This document shows positions 1-11,753 of a DNA stretch of 64,000 bases, in pieces (positions within the stretch are counted from its first letter, which is position 1; the number at the start of each line of letters is the position of its first letter). The stretch lies in assembly GCA_964019425.1 (NCBI GenBank), contig OZ025784.1, forward strand, positions 310,001 through 374,000, written 5' to 3'. The stretch is from Flectonema sp. DT1601. Its lineage: Eukaryota. Made by a program: the position numbers and the translations under genes. The notes under the pieces were generated by a model. It was not told where the DNA came from and ran no database searches. It worked only from the letters and a program-made list of their open reading frames with translations.

Positions 1-381
1 GTGTACGAGTATCTTCTTAAAAACCGTCATCACATATTTTTCTCCGTGTCATCAGAACTTTCAGAAGTAACTTTAATTATTGTTGCCATCCCTGCCTTTC
101 TGGAACTTTGCTTTTGGCAAACAACGTATTAATTTTTATTAGCGGGTTGGCAAATTCCCTTTTTTTTTTTTGTGGAGTTTTTTTCCTGTTCATTTTTCAG
201 GTTCATCGTTTATCATGTTTGGTAGTTTACGGTTGTGTGAATTATATTATTATTTTTTATTAAACAAACCAGGATGACTAAGAGAAAACAAGAGAAAGAA
301 GGGAATTCTTTGACGGCAGCACACTAATTTAAAATTTCTAATATTTCAAAAAACAGGGTATTTTAAAAAAAAACGACGACG

Positions 382-1416
382 ATGACTGCTGCGGACACCC
401 TCCCTTGGGTTGAGAAGTACCGCCCGAGTACAGTTGAAGAAGTTTTGTCTCATGGAGATATAATTATGACGTTGACGAAGCTTGCTGATGGAAACAAATT
501 ACCGCATTTGTTGCTTTATGGACCAGCTGGGACTGGAAAGACATCGACAGTGATGGCAGTCGCAAAAAGAATATATGGAGATCAAATCAAAAGTAATATC
601 CTTGAACTCAACGCTTCCGATGACAGAGGTATCGACGTCGTCAGACATCAAATAAAAGATTTCGCATCAACTAAACAATTGTTTGGAAATTCACATAATT
701 ACAAATTAGTTGTTTTAGATGAAGCTGATCAAATGACTAACGAAGCGCAAGCAGCCTTGAGACGTGTCATCGAACTGTACACCAGAAATGTTCGATTTTG
801 TATAATTTGTAATTACGTTAATAAAATCTTACCGGCTATACAGTCTCGTTGTACAAGGTTTAGATTCGGTCCTTTACCAAAGAAAATGGTTGTGTCGAGA
901 CTTCAGGAGATTGTGGAAATAGAAAAGATTCCATTTAGCACTGAAGCACTAGGGGCGGTTTATAAATTATCATCTGGGGATATGAGGAAAGGAGTTAACA
1001 TACTACAAGGAGCTTCTATGAGTATTATCGGTGATGAAGAGATTACTGCTGAAGCTGTGTATGATGCGACTGGCTCTCCGTCACCTGAAACAATGAGGAA
1101 GATTGTTGAAGTTACGATGATGTCGTCTTTGAAAGAATCACTTTTGACAATTAGAAATATATTAACAGAGAAGGGTCTCGCTCTTCAAGATGTCATTCGT
1201 GAGATCCATCCATGGATATCTAGAATGGTAATGAAAAACGATCTCAGATGCTGGGCAATCGACAAACTCTCTTCAATAGAACACGAGCTCAGCTTCTCCT
1301 GCAACGACAAACTACAGATCCTATCCCTCGTCTCAATGCTTCAGTTAGTCAGGATAAGCATCACTGAAGACAAACATATATCATCATTATGTGTCAAGGG
1401 ATACATGGAAGAGTAA
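382..1416 (+). CDS. RFC5: Replication factor C small subunit (human RFC5 / yeast Rfc3 type), AAA+ clamp loader
   Basis: PWVEKYRP box, PHLLLYGPAGTGKT Walker A, ELNASDDRGIDVVR, LDEAD Walker B, SRC motif. Confidence 0.9.
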   Translation: MTAADTLPWVEKYRPSTVEEVLSHGDIIMTLTKLADGNKLPHLLLYGPAGTGKTSTVMAVAKRIYGDQIKSNILELNASDDRGIDVVRHQIKDFASTKQLFGNSHNYKLVVLDEADQMTNEAQAALRRVIELYTRNVRFCIICNYVNKILPAIQSRCTRFRFGPLPKKMVVSRLQEIVEIEKIPFSTEALGAVYKLSSGDMRKGVNILQGASMSIIGDEEITAEAVYDATGSPSPETMRKIVEVTMMSSLKESLLTIRNILTEKGLALQDVIREIHPWISRMVMKNDLRCWAIDKLSSIEHELSFSCNDKLQILSLVSMLQLVRISITEDKHISSLCVKGYMEE

Positions 1417-1811
1417 TCAACTGTGTTCATTGTATTATGGTTATTTATTATTAAATATTTTGTGGGAAACGAGTCGGTCAGAGGCTTTTAGCCTAGGAGA
1501 CCTATTGCGGTTAACGGAACGACCTGATGCAAGAGAAGAGATCATTCTGATTGTCTTTAATTTTACTGATGTGTATTTGAACACAATTTCTTTTTTTTGG
1601 TGTCGAGACGTTCGCAATCAGTGTCCTGTTCTTCGTAACAGAGATGAATTAAATAATCATTTCTTGTGTTAACAGTTTTGTATTCTATTTTTTTTTTGTC
1701 AGAATTGAAACCTGAATAAAATGATCCTGATTCTGGATACTACGATCATCAGTTCAAATGTTTATTATTATTATTATTTTTGTTTACTTCAGGGAGGGGA
1801 ATCACAAGAAG

Positions 1812-3146
1812 ATGTCTTCAACAATTGAGAAACCGAAACTAAACATCTGCGTAGTCGGAAGTCCCAGAAGTGGGAAGAGTACTTTGATGGGTCAGTTGAT
1901 CCTTTTGAACGGCGCTATTGACGAAAGGCAGATGAAAATATTTGAAACAGAAGCCAAGAAAAGAGGAAAAGCCAACATGAAGTACGCTTGGATAAGTGAC
2001 TGTTTAAAAGATGAAAGAGAGCAACGAGTTGTGGGAACAGTGAAATGTCACACGTGGAAATTGCGACTCGCGGCGTTTGGTGTGATAATAACCGACACAC
2101 CCGGCAGGAAGAAATATCTGAAAAACATCATCACCGGAGTCCAGAACGCTGATCTCGCCATCGTCGCAGTCTCCTCTATCCCTGGTGACTTGGAAAAGGA
2201 CTTGGGGACCTCATCAGGATTCTTAAGGGATATAATCCTTCTCTTGTACTCGTTAGGAGTAAAGCAACTGGTGGTGGCAGTAACAAAGATGGACGACAAG
2301 ACTGTCGCGTACAATTGGGACAGGTTTAATGAAATAAAAAGAATCTTCCTGGAATACAGTACAAAAGTAGGATTTAGTTCACAGGGAACTACTTTTGTAC
2401 CCGTCTCTGGATGGGTTGGTGACAATATAACTCAAAGATCACCTCGGATGCCGTGGGATGATGGACCTACTTTAGTAGGAGCGATTAACAACGCGGAACA
2501 CCCTCACAGACAGGCATCTCGCCCTCTCAGACTTCCAATTCAGGAATCACATCTCACGAATAATTATTGTATTGTAGTCGGCAGGGTTGAGTGTGGAAGC
2601 GTTGCTGTTGGAGATACTGTTCAAATCATAATTCCAAAAAATCCGAGTAAATTTTCACTTTCTGACACTCGATATAAAATAAGCTCTATTGAGTGCCATC
2701 ACACTTCTGTTTCTGAAGGAAAATCCGGAGACGTTGTTGGAATTTGCGTCACACCACCGATAGAACAAAAAGTCCCACGAGGAACAGTTATTGTATCCTC
2801 TAGTAAAGGATACAAACCTCCTGAGGTAATTGACGTTCAGTTGTTAGTTTTACGAACTCCTGGCTGCAGTTCCATTCGAATTGGATATCAACCAATTCTT
2901 AGTATTCATTCCGCTCATGTTCGATGCTCGCTCGAGGATATTTCTGTGGTATTTGATAGAGACACTGCTGGTATTTTAGAAACAGCTCCGACATCATTGA
3001 AGGCGGGTGATGCAGCAATTGCTAAGATCAGAATTCATACTCCAACTTTAATTGAACCGTTTTATGAAAGTCCTTCGACTGGCAGGTTCATACTTCGGGA
3101 CATGAATCAAATAATTGCCGTCGGTATTGTCAGATCTGTGGCGTGA
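1812..3146 (+). CDS. Divergent EF-1alpha-like translational GTPase paralogue
   Basis: EF-1alpha-like blocks KYAWISDCLKDERE, PVSGWVGDNI, MPWDDGPTL, PLRLPIQ, LKAGDAAI, GRFILRDMNQIIAVGIV. Start set at ATG 1812 because the ORF-track start at 1758 lies in a T-rich tract ending in CAG (1790-1792). Confidence 0.85.
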   Translation: MSSTIEKPKLNICVVGSPRSGKSTLMGQLILLNGAIDERQMKIFETEAKKRGKANMKYAWISDCLKDEREQRVVGTVKCHTWKLRLAAFGVIITDTPGRKKYLKNIITGVQNADLAIVAVSSIPGDLEKDLGTSSGFLRDIILLLYSLGVKQLVVAVTKMDDKTVAYNWDRFNEIKRIFLEYSTKVGFSSQGTTFVPVSGWVGDNITQRSPRMPWDDGPTLVGAINNAEHPHRQASRPLRLPIQESHLTNNYCIVVGRVECGSVAVGDTVQIIIPKNPSKFSLSDTRYKISSIECHHTSVSEGKSGDVVGICVTPPIEQKVPRGTVIVSSSKGYKPPEVIDVQLLVLRTPGCSSIRIGYQPILSIHSAHVRCSLEDISVVFDRDTAGILETAPTSLKAGDAAIAKIRIHTPTLIEPFYESPSTGRFILRDMNQIIAVGIVRSVA

Positions 3147-3799
3147 GGGGCGTGAGGGTAGACCTGTCCCTCACTCTTTTATTATCTATATTAATATTAT
3201 TAGTTTTGTTGTGGTTTTATTTCTTATGATTATCATACCTTGTTGTTGTTGTTGTTGTTATTTGTTTTTTTTTTCTCATATTTCAAATCGCAAAAAGGTG
3301 TCCGACTTTCTACTATTTGTAAGAATGCTAAAAAAGTACACTTTCGGTTTTTTTTTTTTTTTTTTGTACCGATAAGTTTGGTACTCGCAGGTATTCATTT
3401 TCGGTAATCTTCGTGTGGTAAATTATCATCCATACTGATCCATACTAATCTGAATGGTTTTTTTTATTACTTTTGGAGGTCTCTCTCTGAAGTAGTACTT
3501 TCTACTCAAGCCGACACGCTGCGATGGATTTTTCGACGTCAATTTGAGAAACTTGTGTTTCTTCTCAATTTTTGTTTTTTGTTTTTGTTTTTTTGTGGTT
3601 GTTTTTTTTTTTTTTTGTATTCAAAAAAAAAAAAATAAATAAAAAAAAACGAGTATCGTCATGTAGTAGATTAACTGTTTGTACCCAAAACCTGATTAAC
3701 GTGTATTTCGATTCTGCTCCTACTACAGGATCTTATTATGTGAACTGAGGAAGGGAAAAAAATATTAATAAAATTATTTAAGTAGATCAAACAAACAGC

Positions 3800-5392
3800 A
3801 TGCAGGTTGTTCTAACTTGTTCAGAAGGAATTTTTCCAGACGTTCCGTTTACAGTGATTGCGAACACGCTGGTCAAGGATGCGATTAATACTGCAGTGGA
3901 GGAGTGGGGTGTTAGAATCTCAATCAGCGATTTAAAGTTAATGTATGGGGGTGTTAAGATGAATAGCTTATCAACTTTGGTATCACATGGGATTGGAGGT
4001 GGCGCTCATTTAGAAGTTTGTAAAGAGTTGTTGGGATACAGTCTCCAAGAGATGACTGATGGTGGAGGAAAAGTTGAAGAACTACTACAGAGTTGTGATG
4101 ATGATGGATTCTTACCTGTCGATGTGCGGACATTATCGAAGACATCGAAATATGTAAGTAGTCGATTGTCGTCTTTGTCGTTTATCAAAGGTGAGGAAAT
4201 CATCGATGTCCCAAGTGACGTGACGAGTTATTTTAATCAAACTCACCGATTAAAGTTTCCAAGTTTGAGTAAAGTGAAAACCATTGGAAATAATTTCATT
4301 TCTCATTTTACTTCACTCACAGAAATCGATTTCTCAGGATTGTCAAGTGTGGGTTCGATTGGAAACAATTTCCTGTCCGATTCGCATTCCCTCAAAGTAA
4401 TCGACCTGTCTCCGTTTATATATTTAGAGCACCTCGGTGAATCTTCACTGAGTTGCCTTAGTTCTCTTTCGTCACTTAATTTGAATCTTCCTCGTCTCAA
4501 GTCACTTCCAGATTTATTTTTAGAATGTTCAGGTTTTGGTTTTCGTTCAAGATTTGACTTGGAAACCGTGGATCTATCTTACCTCACGAGTTTGACACAC
4601 ATTGGAGGTGGGGTGTTGTCAAGAAGGGGTGGAGTCAAGGTGGTAGAATTCGGTAATGCGATGTGTGGAGTGACTGAGATCGGTTCTTATTTCTTATCAG
4701 AAAGTCTATCACTCGAATCGCTTGACTTTTCAAGTTTTACCAACCTTGATAGCATCTCTCACCATTTTCTTATGAGTTGTACTTATCTAAAATCAGTTGA
4801 TTTCTCAGGTTTTCGAAACCTCCACGCCATCGGTGGTTCATTCCTTTCGAACTGTCCAAAGTTAACAGCTTTAGACTTATCAGCATTTACTAACACAAAG
4901 TCAATTGGTGACTTCTTTTTGACAGATTGCGCAGGTCTTGAAAACGTTAACCTCTCTGGTCTCATTAAAGTAGTTTCTTTTGGATCAAATTGTTTTCAAG
5001 AATGTAGGTCATTAGAAAGAATTGACTTCAGTAGAATGATGTCACTGACTAGTGTGGGTGGTTGGTTTCTTAGAAGATGTAGGAAACTGAAATCTGTTGA
5101 CTTTAGTGGTCTTTGTAATTTTAAGGAGATTGGTCGAGACTGTTTGATAGATTGTGATTCCCTGATTGCGATTGAAGTAACGTCACTTCATTGCGATGTC
5201 AGAGACTCTCTCCTGAGTTACTCAGCGTTACGTCGTTGTATTGTTGACACTCAATTAGAACAAGTGAATGGAACATTACAAAATGTACGAAGTCAGACTC
5301 TGTCTGTGATTGATAATATGAAAAATTTGAATAGTAAAATAGGAACTCTTTCAAAGCAACTCAACTCAAGTACAAATCTACCTTTCGATTAA
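3800..5392 (+). CDS. N-terminal ubiquitin-like domain plus leucine-rich repeat protein
   Basis: N-terminal LKLMYGG..STLVSHGIGGGAHLEV is UBL-like; ~25-aa repeats of the form LxxIDxSxxxxxxxIGxxFL. Confidence 0.75.
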   Translation: MQVVLTCSEGIFPDVPFTVIANTLVKDAINTAVEEWGVRISISDLKLMYGGVKMNSLSTLVSHGIGGGAHLEVCKELLGYSLQEMTDGGGKVEELLQSCDDDGFLPVDVRTLSKTSKYVSSRLSSLSFIKGEEIIDVPSDVTSYFNQTHRLKFPSLSKVKTIGNNFISHFTSLTEIDFSGLSSVGSIGNNFLSDSHSLKVIDLSPFIYLEHLGESSLSCLSSLSSLNLNLPRLKSLPDLFLECSGFGFRSRFDLETVDLSYLTSLTHIGGGVLSRRGGVKVVEFGNAMCGVTEIGSYFLSESLSLESLDFSSFTNLDSISHHFLMSCTYLKSVDFSGFRNLHAIGGSFLSNCPKLTALDLSAFTNTKSIGDFFLTDCAGLENVNLSGLIKVVSFGSNCFQECRSLERIDFSRMMSLTSVGGWFLRRCRKLKSVDFSGLCNFKEIGRDCLIDCDSLIAIEVTSLHCDVRDSLLSYSALRRCIVDTQLEQVNGTLQNVRSQTLSVIDNMKNLNSKIGTLSKQLNSSTNLPFD

Positions 5393-5899
5393 TTTATTTG
5401 TGATAACCTTCCCAGGTCACTCTGGTCACTACCGCGTGGGACTCGTTTAGGGACTCTGCCAATGGCTCTTTACTTGTGCGATATTTACTGCACTTGGTTG
5501 CCAAAAAGACATGTCTTCGTCTGGAGGTACCACAAGACTTGGCACACCTTTGGAATAGAGTTTAGCATCTTGCCACAAACGAAAGCAGGGCAAACGTGAT
5601 GAGGAAGGCAAACCTGACCTGTATTCAATACAGCTTTCCCGTATTTCATTAACTGAAGAGGGCTGGGTAAGGGGAATGGTCTGAAGAAAGGTTTTTAATT
5701 TTAGCCCCCAAAAAATTCCAACGGTTATTTTGGTTGTTTGTCCTTTATGATTTTTTGATTATGAATAATACAAACCAGTGAGAAGTACTGCATTCACACT
5801 TTTAGTAGCATCTGATTGTTTTAAAATCTGATTAAAACAAAATAAATTAATAATTTCCTCCACTCCATAATATCAGTTCAATGTTCTGATCACAAAAAA

Positions 5900-7414
5900 A
5901 TGACGTCACCAGGAACAGCAGTGTATGATGTGCCGGTATCCTATTCAGGTCCTAGTTGGGAACACGATCTCGATGAAGGAACGACAAGTGTGAGTTCAGG
6001 GAACACAAATAGTGATGATAAACCCACGGGTTGTGAAGTAATAAAAGAAGGAATTGGTAAGTGTATAGTAATGGTCGGTCTACCCGGGAGGGGGAAGACC
6101 TTCTTGGCTCACAAAATATGTCGCTACTTGAACTGGATTGGCATGGATGCGAGATGCTTCTTAGTATCTCAATACTTGAGAGACTTCTTCAGCGATCCAA
6201 TCATAGGTGAGAAGAAGTTCTTATCACCTTATTATTCACCAACTAACAGCAGTGGTATAGATGAGAGATTAAATGCTTTAGAAATGGCCTTAAAAGATGT
6301 CAAAGATTTCCTTTTAAATGTAGAGTGTCGTGAACAACACAATTGCTGCAGAAGTTCCGGTAGAATTGCGATAATCGACGGTCAAGCAACTCAAACTACG
6401 ATAAGACAACAAATTCATAACAGCGTATCAGTAGTTATCGGTGCCAGTAATATTATTTATTTAGAAGTGTCAGCTGAACCGAAAGCTGTCAGACAACTAT
6501 TCACATTAAAACACACGATGGCTGAAAACAGTGAATATCACGAATACGCTGGAATGACTGTAGCGAAGGCGCTACAAGATTTTGAATCTCGTGTTGAAGT
6601 TTTTGAGCAAACTTACGAACCTCTAGAATCAGAACACCACATCCACTTAGACATCAGTACCAACACAATTCGAACAAAGGGAGTGACTGGATTCTTACAA
6701 AGTAGATTGTTGTCATGGGTGGCTAACCTTTCACCTTTAAAAAGATTGAAATATCCAATATTCTTTGCGAGACATGGTCAATCAGAATTCAACGTAGAGA
6801 ACCGAATAGGAGGAAATCCAGGATTGACTGACATTGGAAAGGAAGACGCTTCTTTGATTTGTAATTATGTTTTTTCGAACGGATTGAAAAAAGAAGATCT
6901 CGTGATTTGGACGTCGACTCTTCGAAGAACAGTTGAAACAGTCGAACCCCTTCGAGCTGAGGGTTATAATATTATAAAATGGAAAGCACTGAATGAGATC
7001 CATGCTGGTATCTGTGAAGAATTGACCTACGATGAAGTAGAAGAGACACATCCATACATATCTAAGTGGAGAAAGCAATCAAAATATACTTTTCGATACC
7101 CAGGAGGTGAATCTTACCAAGATTTGGTTCAACGATTGGAACCTGTTCTTATGGAAATGGAGTCTTCAAAGGGACCAGTTCTGATTGTTGCGCATCAGGC
7201 AGTTCTTCGTACGCTGTTTGCATATTTTGATGATAAGGCTGCGGAGTTTTCAGCTCATCTCGCCATTCCTCAAGCAACTATCTGGAGATATCACCCGACT
7301 AGTACAGGATTGAGTAAATTAGAAAAGATACCTTTGAGAGCATCCACTCCTCTTCATATTACTGAAATTCAGGAAAGAGATGCGACTTTTAAAGATCTTC
7401 CTCAAACTTCGTAA
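5900..7414 (+). CDS. PFKFB: 6-phosphofructo-2-kinase/fructose-2,6-bisphosphatase
   Basis: VMVGLPGRGKT kinase P-loop; RHGQSEFN histidine-phosphatase motif; LNEIHAGICEELTY, YPGGESYQDLVQRLEP, HQAVLR. Confidence 0.92.
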   Translation: MTSPGTAVYDVPVSYSGPSWEHDLDEGTTSVSSGNTNSDDKPTGCEVIKEGIGKCIVMVGLPGRGKTFLAHKICRYLNWIGMDARCFLVSQYLRDFFSDPIIGEKKFLSPYYSPTNSSGIDERLNALEMALKDVKDFLLNVECREQHNCCRSSGRIAIIDGQATQTTIRQQIHNSVSVVIGASNIIYLEVSAEPKAVRQLFTLKHTMAENSEYHEYAGMTVAKALQDFESRVEVFEQTYEPLESEHHIHLDISTNTIRTKGVTGFLQSRLLSWVANLSPLKRLKYPIFFARHGQSEFNVENRIGGNPGLTDIGKEDASLICNYVFSNGLKKEDLVIWTSTLRRTVETVEPLRAEGYNIIKWKALNEIHAGICEELTYDEVEETHPYISKWRKQSKYTFRYPGGESYQDLVQRLEPVLMEMESSKGPVLIVAHQAVLRTLFAYFDDKAAEFSAHLAIPQATIWRYHPTSTGLSKLEKIPLRASTPLHITEIQERDATFKDLPQTS

Positions 7415-9553
7415 TCTACTACATATTCATATGAACGTCATTATTAATTGGTCTCTTTTTTATTCTGTTTTCTTGGCATTCAGATCATGTCATACCAAGC
7501 ATTACGAGTATTTTTAGAAAATAGGTTTTTTTTTGTGTCCCCCACGGTAATCTCGCAGTGAAAGAGATTTATCATTCGTGTTGTTTATACACACCCAGAG
7601 AGATGTTTGGGCTGAACAGCGCTGATTTCACTCTGCGTGATTCTTGTGGTTGCGCCACCTTTTACCGAGGGGCTATAAAGAAGCGAGATTTTTTTTTTTT
7701 TTACATTTTATTTTTTCTCCTTTTTTTTGTTTTGTTTCATAAATCAACAATTGTATTGAAGGATACTATTTTTTTTTTCAAAAATTTAAAAAAAAAAATA
7801 AGGAAGAAAAAAAAGAGGGAGGCAGGAAGGTTTTGTAGTCGTTAGTCAGTAATTTAGTCCTTTTTTTCTTAAATTTATTATTATTTTTTTAAAATGTCTC
7901 AAGTTTTTGTACACAAGAAGCAAAAATTTACGTTTCATTCATTCATTCCTTCTTTCCAATTTTTTTTCCTTTTTTTTTTTTAAAAATGTTTCTTTTTAGC
8001 GAGTGTTCAGAGTGATGTTCTTAATAATTGTTTTCTCACTAAAACGGATTACTTTTCGTGGAAACGATGCTTTTTTCGATTCCTGTTTGTGTCTGTTTTC
8101 TCATTTCATTTCAAAATTGTGTGACCGAGTGATCGAGTGGTGTTCTTCACGTTCAAAAAAACATCTGAAAAAAGAAAAATTAGTAATAACTCTCTCTGAC
8201 CAGACTGAGTTATTCTTTTGAAAATTAATGCTGTGTTACTCCTGATCGTTTCTTCTCTCTCGTTCGTTTGCGTGATGAGTTTTTTTTGTTTTTTTTTGTT
8301 TTTTGTTTTGTAAAACTTACTTTCTTTTAAAAAAAAGAAGTTTAACGAAAACACCAAACGTGTCTAAATGTGGAAATTTTTTTTTTTTTTTATATTTTAT
8401 GTATTTTCTGTTTAGTTTCGTTTAAGTTTTTTTTCCCCTCGTTTTTTTTGTTTTTTTGTGATCACTTGTTAGCCTTTTTTTTCTTTGTGACAATTAATGA
8501 ATTGGTTTTTCTATTGTTGAGAGTTACTTCCAAAGAGTACACTACTCGTTTAATAATATAGAAGAGTGGTTCCCTTTTCTGAGCTCTGCTAAGGCTAATT
8601 ATCTTCCAGAGACCGAAAGCGAACAACTACAGTGATGGAAAGATACAAAGAGTGGTAGTCCGAAGAAAAGATTTTTTTTTTTTTTTTAAATTTTATCCCA
8701 GAAAAAACCAAAAAAAACCGTTTATTTTGTTCGATGTCCTTATAGGATTTTTTTTTTTTTTGGTTTTAATTAATTTATATATTTGTGATAACTGCCTGCC
8801 ATTCCTTTGGAGTTACATTTTTTTTCACCCTCAAAAAAAAAAAAAAAAAAACGCAAAGTTTTTGCAGACAATTTTTAATGCTGTTTACAAAGTTATCAAC
8901 CAGGACTTTATCTTTCCTGTCGGTAAGGCGATTCAAGAAAAATAAAATAAAATAAGGTTTAGCAGCCAAGTGTTATATGTATCCGTGTCTTAATTTTTAC
9001 CTACCTAGCTTCTGATACAATGTTTGCTAAGAAAAAAAAAGGGGTTTTTTGTGTTTTTAAAGAGAACGGCAAGAAGAATGCTTCAATCCCTCTCTCCTCT
9101 TTTTCTGTGATTGCGTTGTCTACATTTTTATGGAAATTTATGACATGATTGAGAATTATTCAGTAGACTTGACAATATTTGTATTTTTTTTTTTTTTAAT
9201 TTTGTTCTTCCTGTCACCTTTCCTCTGAAAGTGTGAAGGTGATCTGACTGAGAACTTTAAAGACTCAATGCTCTGAATAGTTTTTTTTTTGTTTTGATTA
9301 TTTGAAAAGAATGTGACAAAATGAGAATATACCAAAAATCACATTTCTATTTAATATCCCAAAGCAAAGACAAACTGTTCTAAAAAAAACTAAAAAAAAA
9401 AAAAAAAAAAAAAACTTACTTTTTTTGAGTGAGAGAGGGTCAAATGCTCCCCGAACGCAGGTGATCAAAAAAAACAGCAACATGACAGTTTTTTTTTTCA
9501 AAAAAATAATAAAAATATAATTTTTCATTTCCAGCACAGCAAAAAAGTAAAAC

Positions 9554-10930
9554 ATGAGTAAACAACAACATCCATCTGAAGTTCTTAAGGCGAAAGCTAA
9601 TGCACTGAACTGTGAAGTAACAGCCAGGGAAGTTGCGGAAGCGATGGATGAAGAGGACCCAATAAAAGAATATCGTCAACAGTTTAGAATCCCAAAGGGA
9701 AAAGATGGAAAGGAAATAATTTATCTCTGTGGAAACTCTCTGGGATTACAACACAGTGGAGTAGTTGACTCGGTGAAAGAGCATCTTGACAAATGGGCTA
9801 ATCAGGCTGTTGAGGGTCATTTTCAACAACCATGTCCGTGGTTTGAAATAGACGACATTTTAAGAAAAAGTATGGCATCAGTTGTCGGAGCCTCTGCTGA
9901 TGAGGTCGTTCTTATGAACACACTCACAGTAAACTTACATCTGTTGTTGACTGCTTTTTATAAACCAAAAGGAAAGAAGAGAAAGATTCTGATTGAGAGA
10001 AATCCATTCCCTTCTGACATGTACGCGATTAGATCTCAAATTAAAATGAGAGGGTTCGATCCCGACGCAGACCTAATTGAGATTGGAAGTGAATCTGAAG
10101 TAAAACAGTTTGAAGACGACGATATCATCAAAGCAATTGAAGCCAATCACGAAGAGATCGCAGTCGTTATGATCGCTGGAGTTCATTTCTTAACTGGACA
10201 GTTATTTGATATGAAAAGAATAACTGAAACTTGTAAGAAATACAACATCAGAGTTGGATTTGATCTCGCCCATGCCGTTGGAAATGCCCCGCTCCAACTC
10301 CACGACTGGGGGGTTGACTTTGCATGTTGGTGTACATACAAATATCTCAACTCAGGACCTGGAAATATCGCAGGTGCTTTTATTCATTCTTCAATCAACT
10401 GTGATGAGTTAGATCGTCTTGAAGGATGGTGGGGTCATAAACGTGAAAGTAGATTTCGATTGAAACACGAGTTCGAAGGAACTCCCGGAGTTGCTTCTTT
10501 TCAATTATCAAATCCTGGAGTCATGTGCATGGCCTCGATCAAGCCTTGTCTGGAATTGTTTGAGAAAGTTGGAATGAAATTAATACGAGAAAAATCAGTT
10601 CTTCTAACTGGATACTTAGAACTAATGCTGACTACTGTTTTAAAGGAAAATGTTGAAATCTTGACGCCGACGGATATAAACAGAAGAGGTGCTCAACTCT
10701 CAGTTAGAATAATTGGAGATTTGAAGTCGGATGTCGCTCCTGGATCCCAATATGAGTGTGGAACTAATACTGGAAATAAAGCATCTATTCTGCAAAAGCA
10801 ACTTGAATTCTCTGGAATAACGTGTGACAACAGGCCTCCTGACATCCTCCGACTTCCTCCTGTTCCACTTTATAATACCTACTCTGATGTGTTTACTCTC
10901 GTTCATACTCTTTATAAATTAATTAAGTAG
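9554..10930 (+). CDS. KYNU: Kynureninase (PLP-dependent)
   Basis: IYLCGNSLGLQ, FPSD, FDLAHAVGN, WCTYKYLNSGPG (PLP lysine), GWWGH, RGAQLS. Confidence 0.95.
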   Translation: MSKQQHPSEVLKAKANALNCEVTAREVAEAMDEEDPIKEYRQQFRIPKGKDGKEIIYLCGNSLGLQHSGVVDSVKEHLDKWANQAVEGHFQQPCPWFEIDDILRKSMASVVGASADEVVLMNTLTVNLHLLLTAFYKPKGKKRKILIERNPFPSDMYAIRSQIKMRGFDPDADLIEIGSESEVKQFEDDDIIKAIEANHEEIAVVMIAGVHFLTGQLFDMKRITETCKKYNIRVGFDLAHAVGNAPLQLHDWGVDFACWCTYKYLNSGPGNIAGAFIHSSINCDELDRLEGWWGHKRESRFRLKHEFEGTPGVASFQLSNPGVMCMASIKPCLELFEKVGMKLIREKSVLLTGYLELMLTTVLKENVEILTPTDINRRGAQLSVRIIGDLKSDVAPGSQYECGTNTGNKASILQKQLEFSGITCDNRPPDILRLPPVPLYNTYSDVFTLVHTLYKLIK

Positions 10931-11361
10931 TATTTTTTTTTTTTTTTTTAAATTGGTTGACAGTCTTCATATATCTCATTGTGTTGTACTCGTGTTGTGT
11001 TTGTGACTGTTTTAACGAGCCTTCTTCTTTTTTTTTTATAAAAAAAAAATTGTTGGATGTCAGGGTCATCCTTAAAAATATTATTTTTTTTCATATTTCA
11101 GGGCGAAAACGACTGCCTTGGATCACTACCTTTTTTCGTCTTTTTTTTTTGGAGACCCACCCCCACACTTATCGTTATTATGTAACTTACTGGTGACTGT
11201 TGACTGTTGATTGTCAGTCGGACTCGTGTTTTCGTAGGATTTTCTGATGTGATACTAAATTTATTCACCTGTGATGAACCAATGCTCTGGTTGTCCAGGA
11301 GAAATGGTTTGCCCTGGATGATGTTATGCTTACTTCTTATTTTTTTCTTTTTTTCTTCGAC

Positions 11362-11392
<31 letters not shown>

Positions 11393-11753
11393 CGACAACA
11401 AAACAAAACAAAAAAAACGTTACAAAGCAAAAGCAGCTTTGTGAGGAAGGAAGCATCAAAAAAAAAAAAAATTGAAAACAGGTTTAAAAAAAAAAAAAAC
11501 GTATATTTTTTTGAGAGCAATCCTTCCCAAATGGTGGTGACAGCGTTGTGAATGCTAGCGATTGTCTCTTCTGTCAATTTTATTTCATCGCCCAGCAGTA
11601 CGTCACAACACAAAGTGTGTGAGAATTACTTCAGAAATCATTTTTAACGATCCTTTCCTCAGGACACCCTCCTCATCACTAATTTAATAAAATAAATAAT
11701 ATGAATTCCTGAAGTGTTTTGATTGGATTGTCGTCTTATTCTAATTCTTAATT

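Noticed and set aside
1758..1811. ORF-track start MFIIIIIFVYF for the EF-1alpha-like gene
   Set aside because: It translates a (TTA)n/T-rich tract ending in CAG, which is more likely a splice acceptor region
5586..5690. GTGATGA..CTGA box C/D-like pair and a CTGAAGA hammerhead-like core
   Set aside because: Only 11 nt separate the boxes, and the hammerhead lacks a proper GAAA and stems I/III
7558..9500. Many short F/K-rich ORFs here and in other intergenic regions
   Set aside because: Artefacts of poly-T and poly-A runs with no protein-like composition
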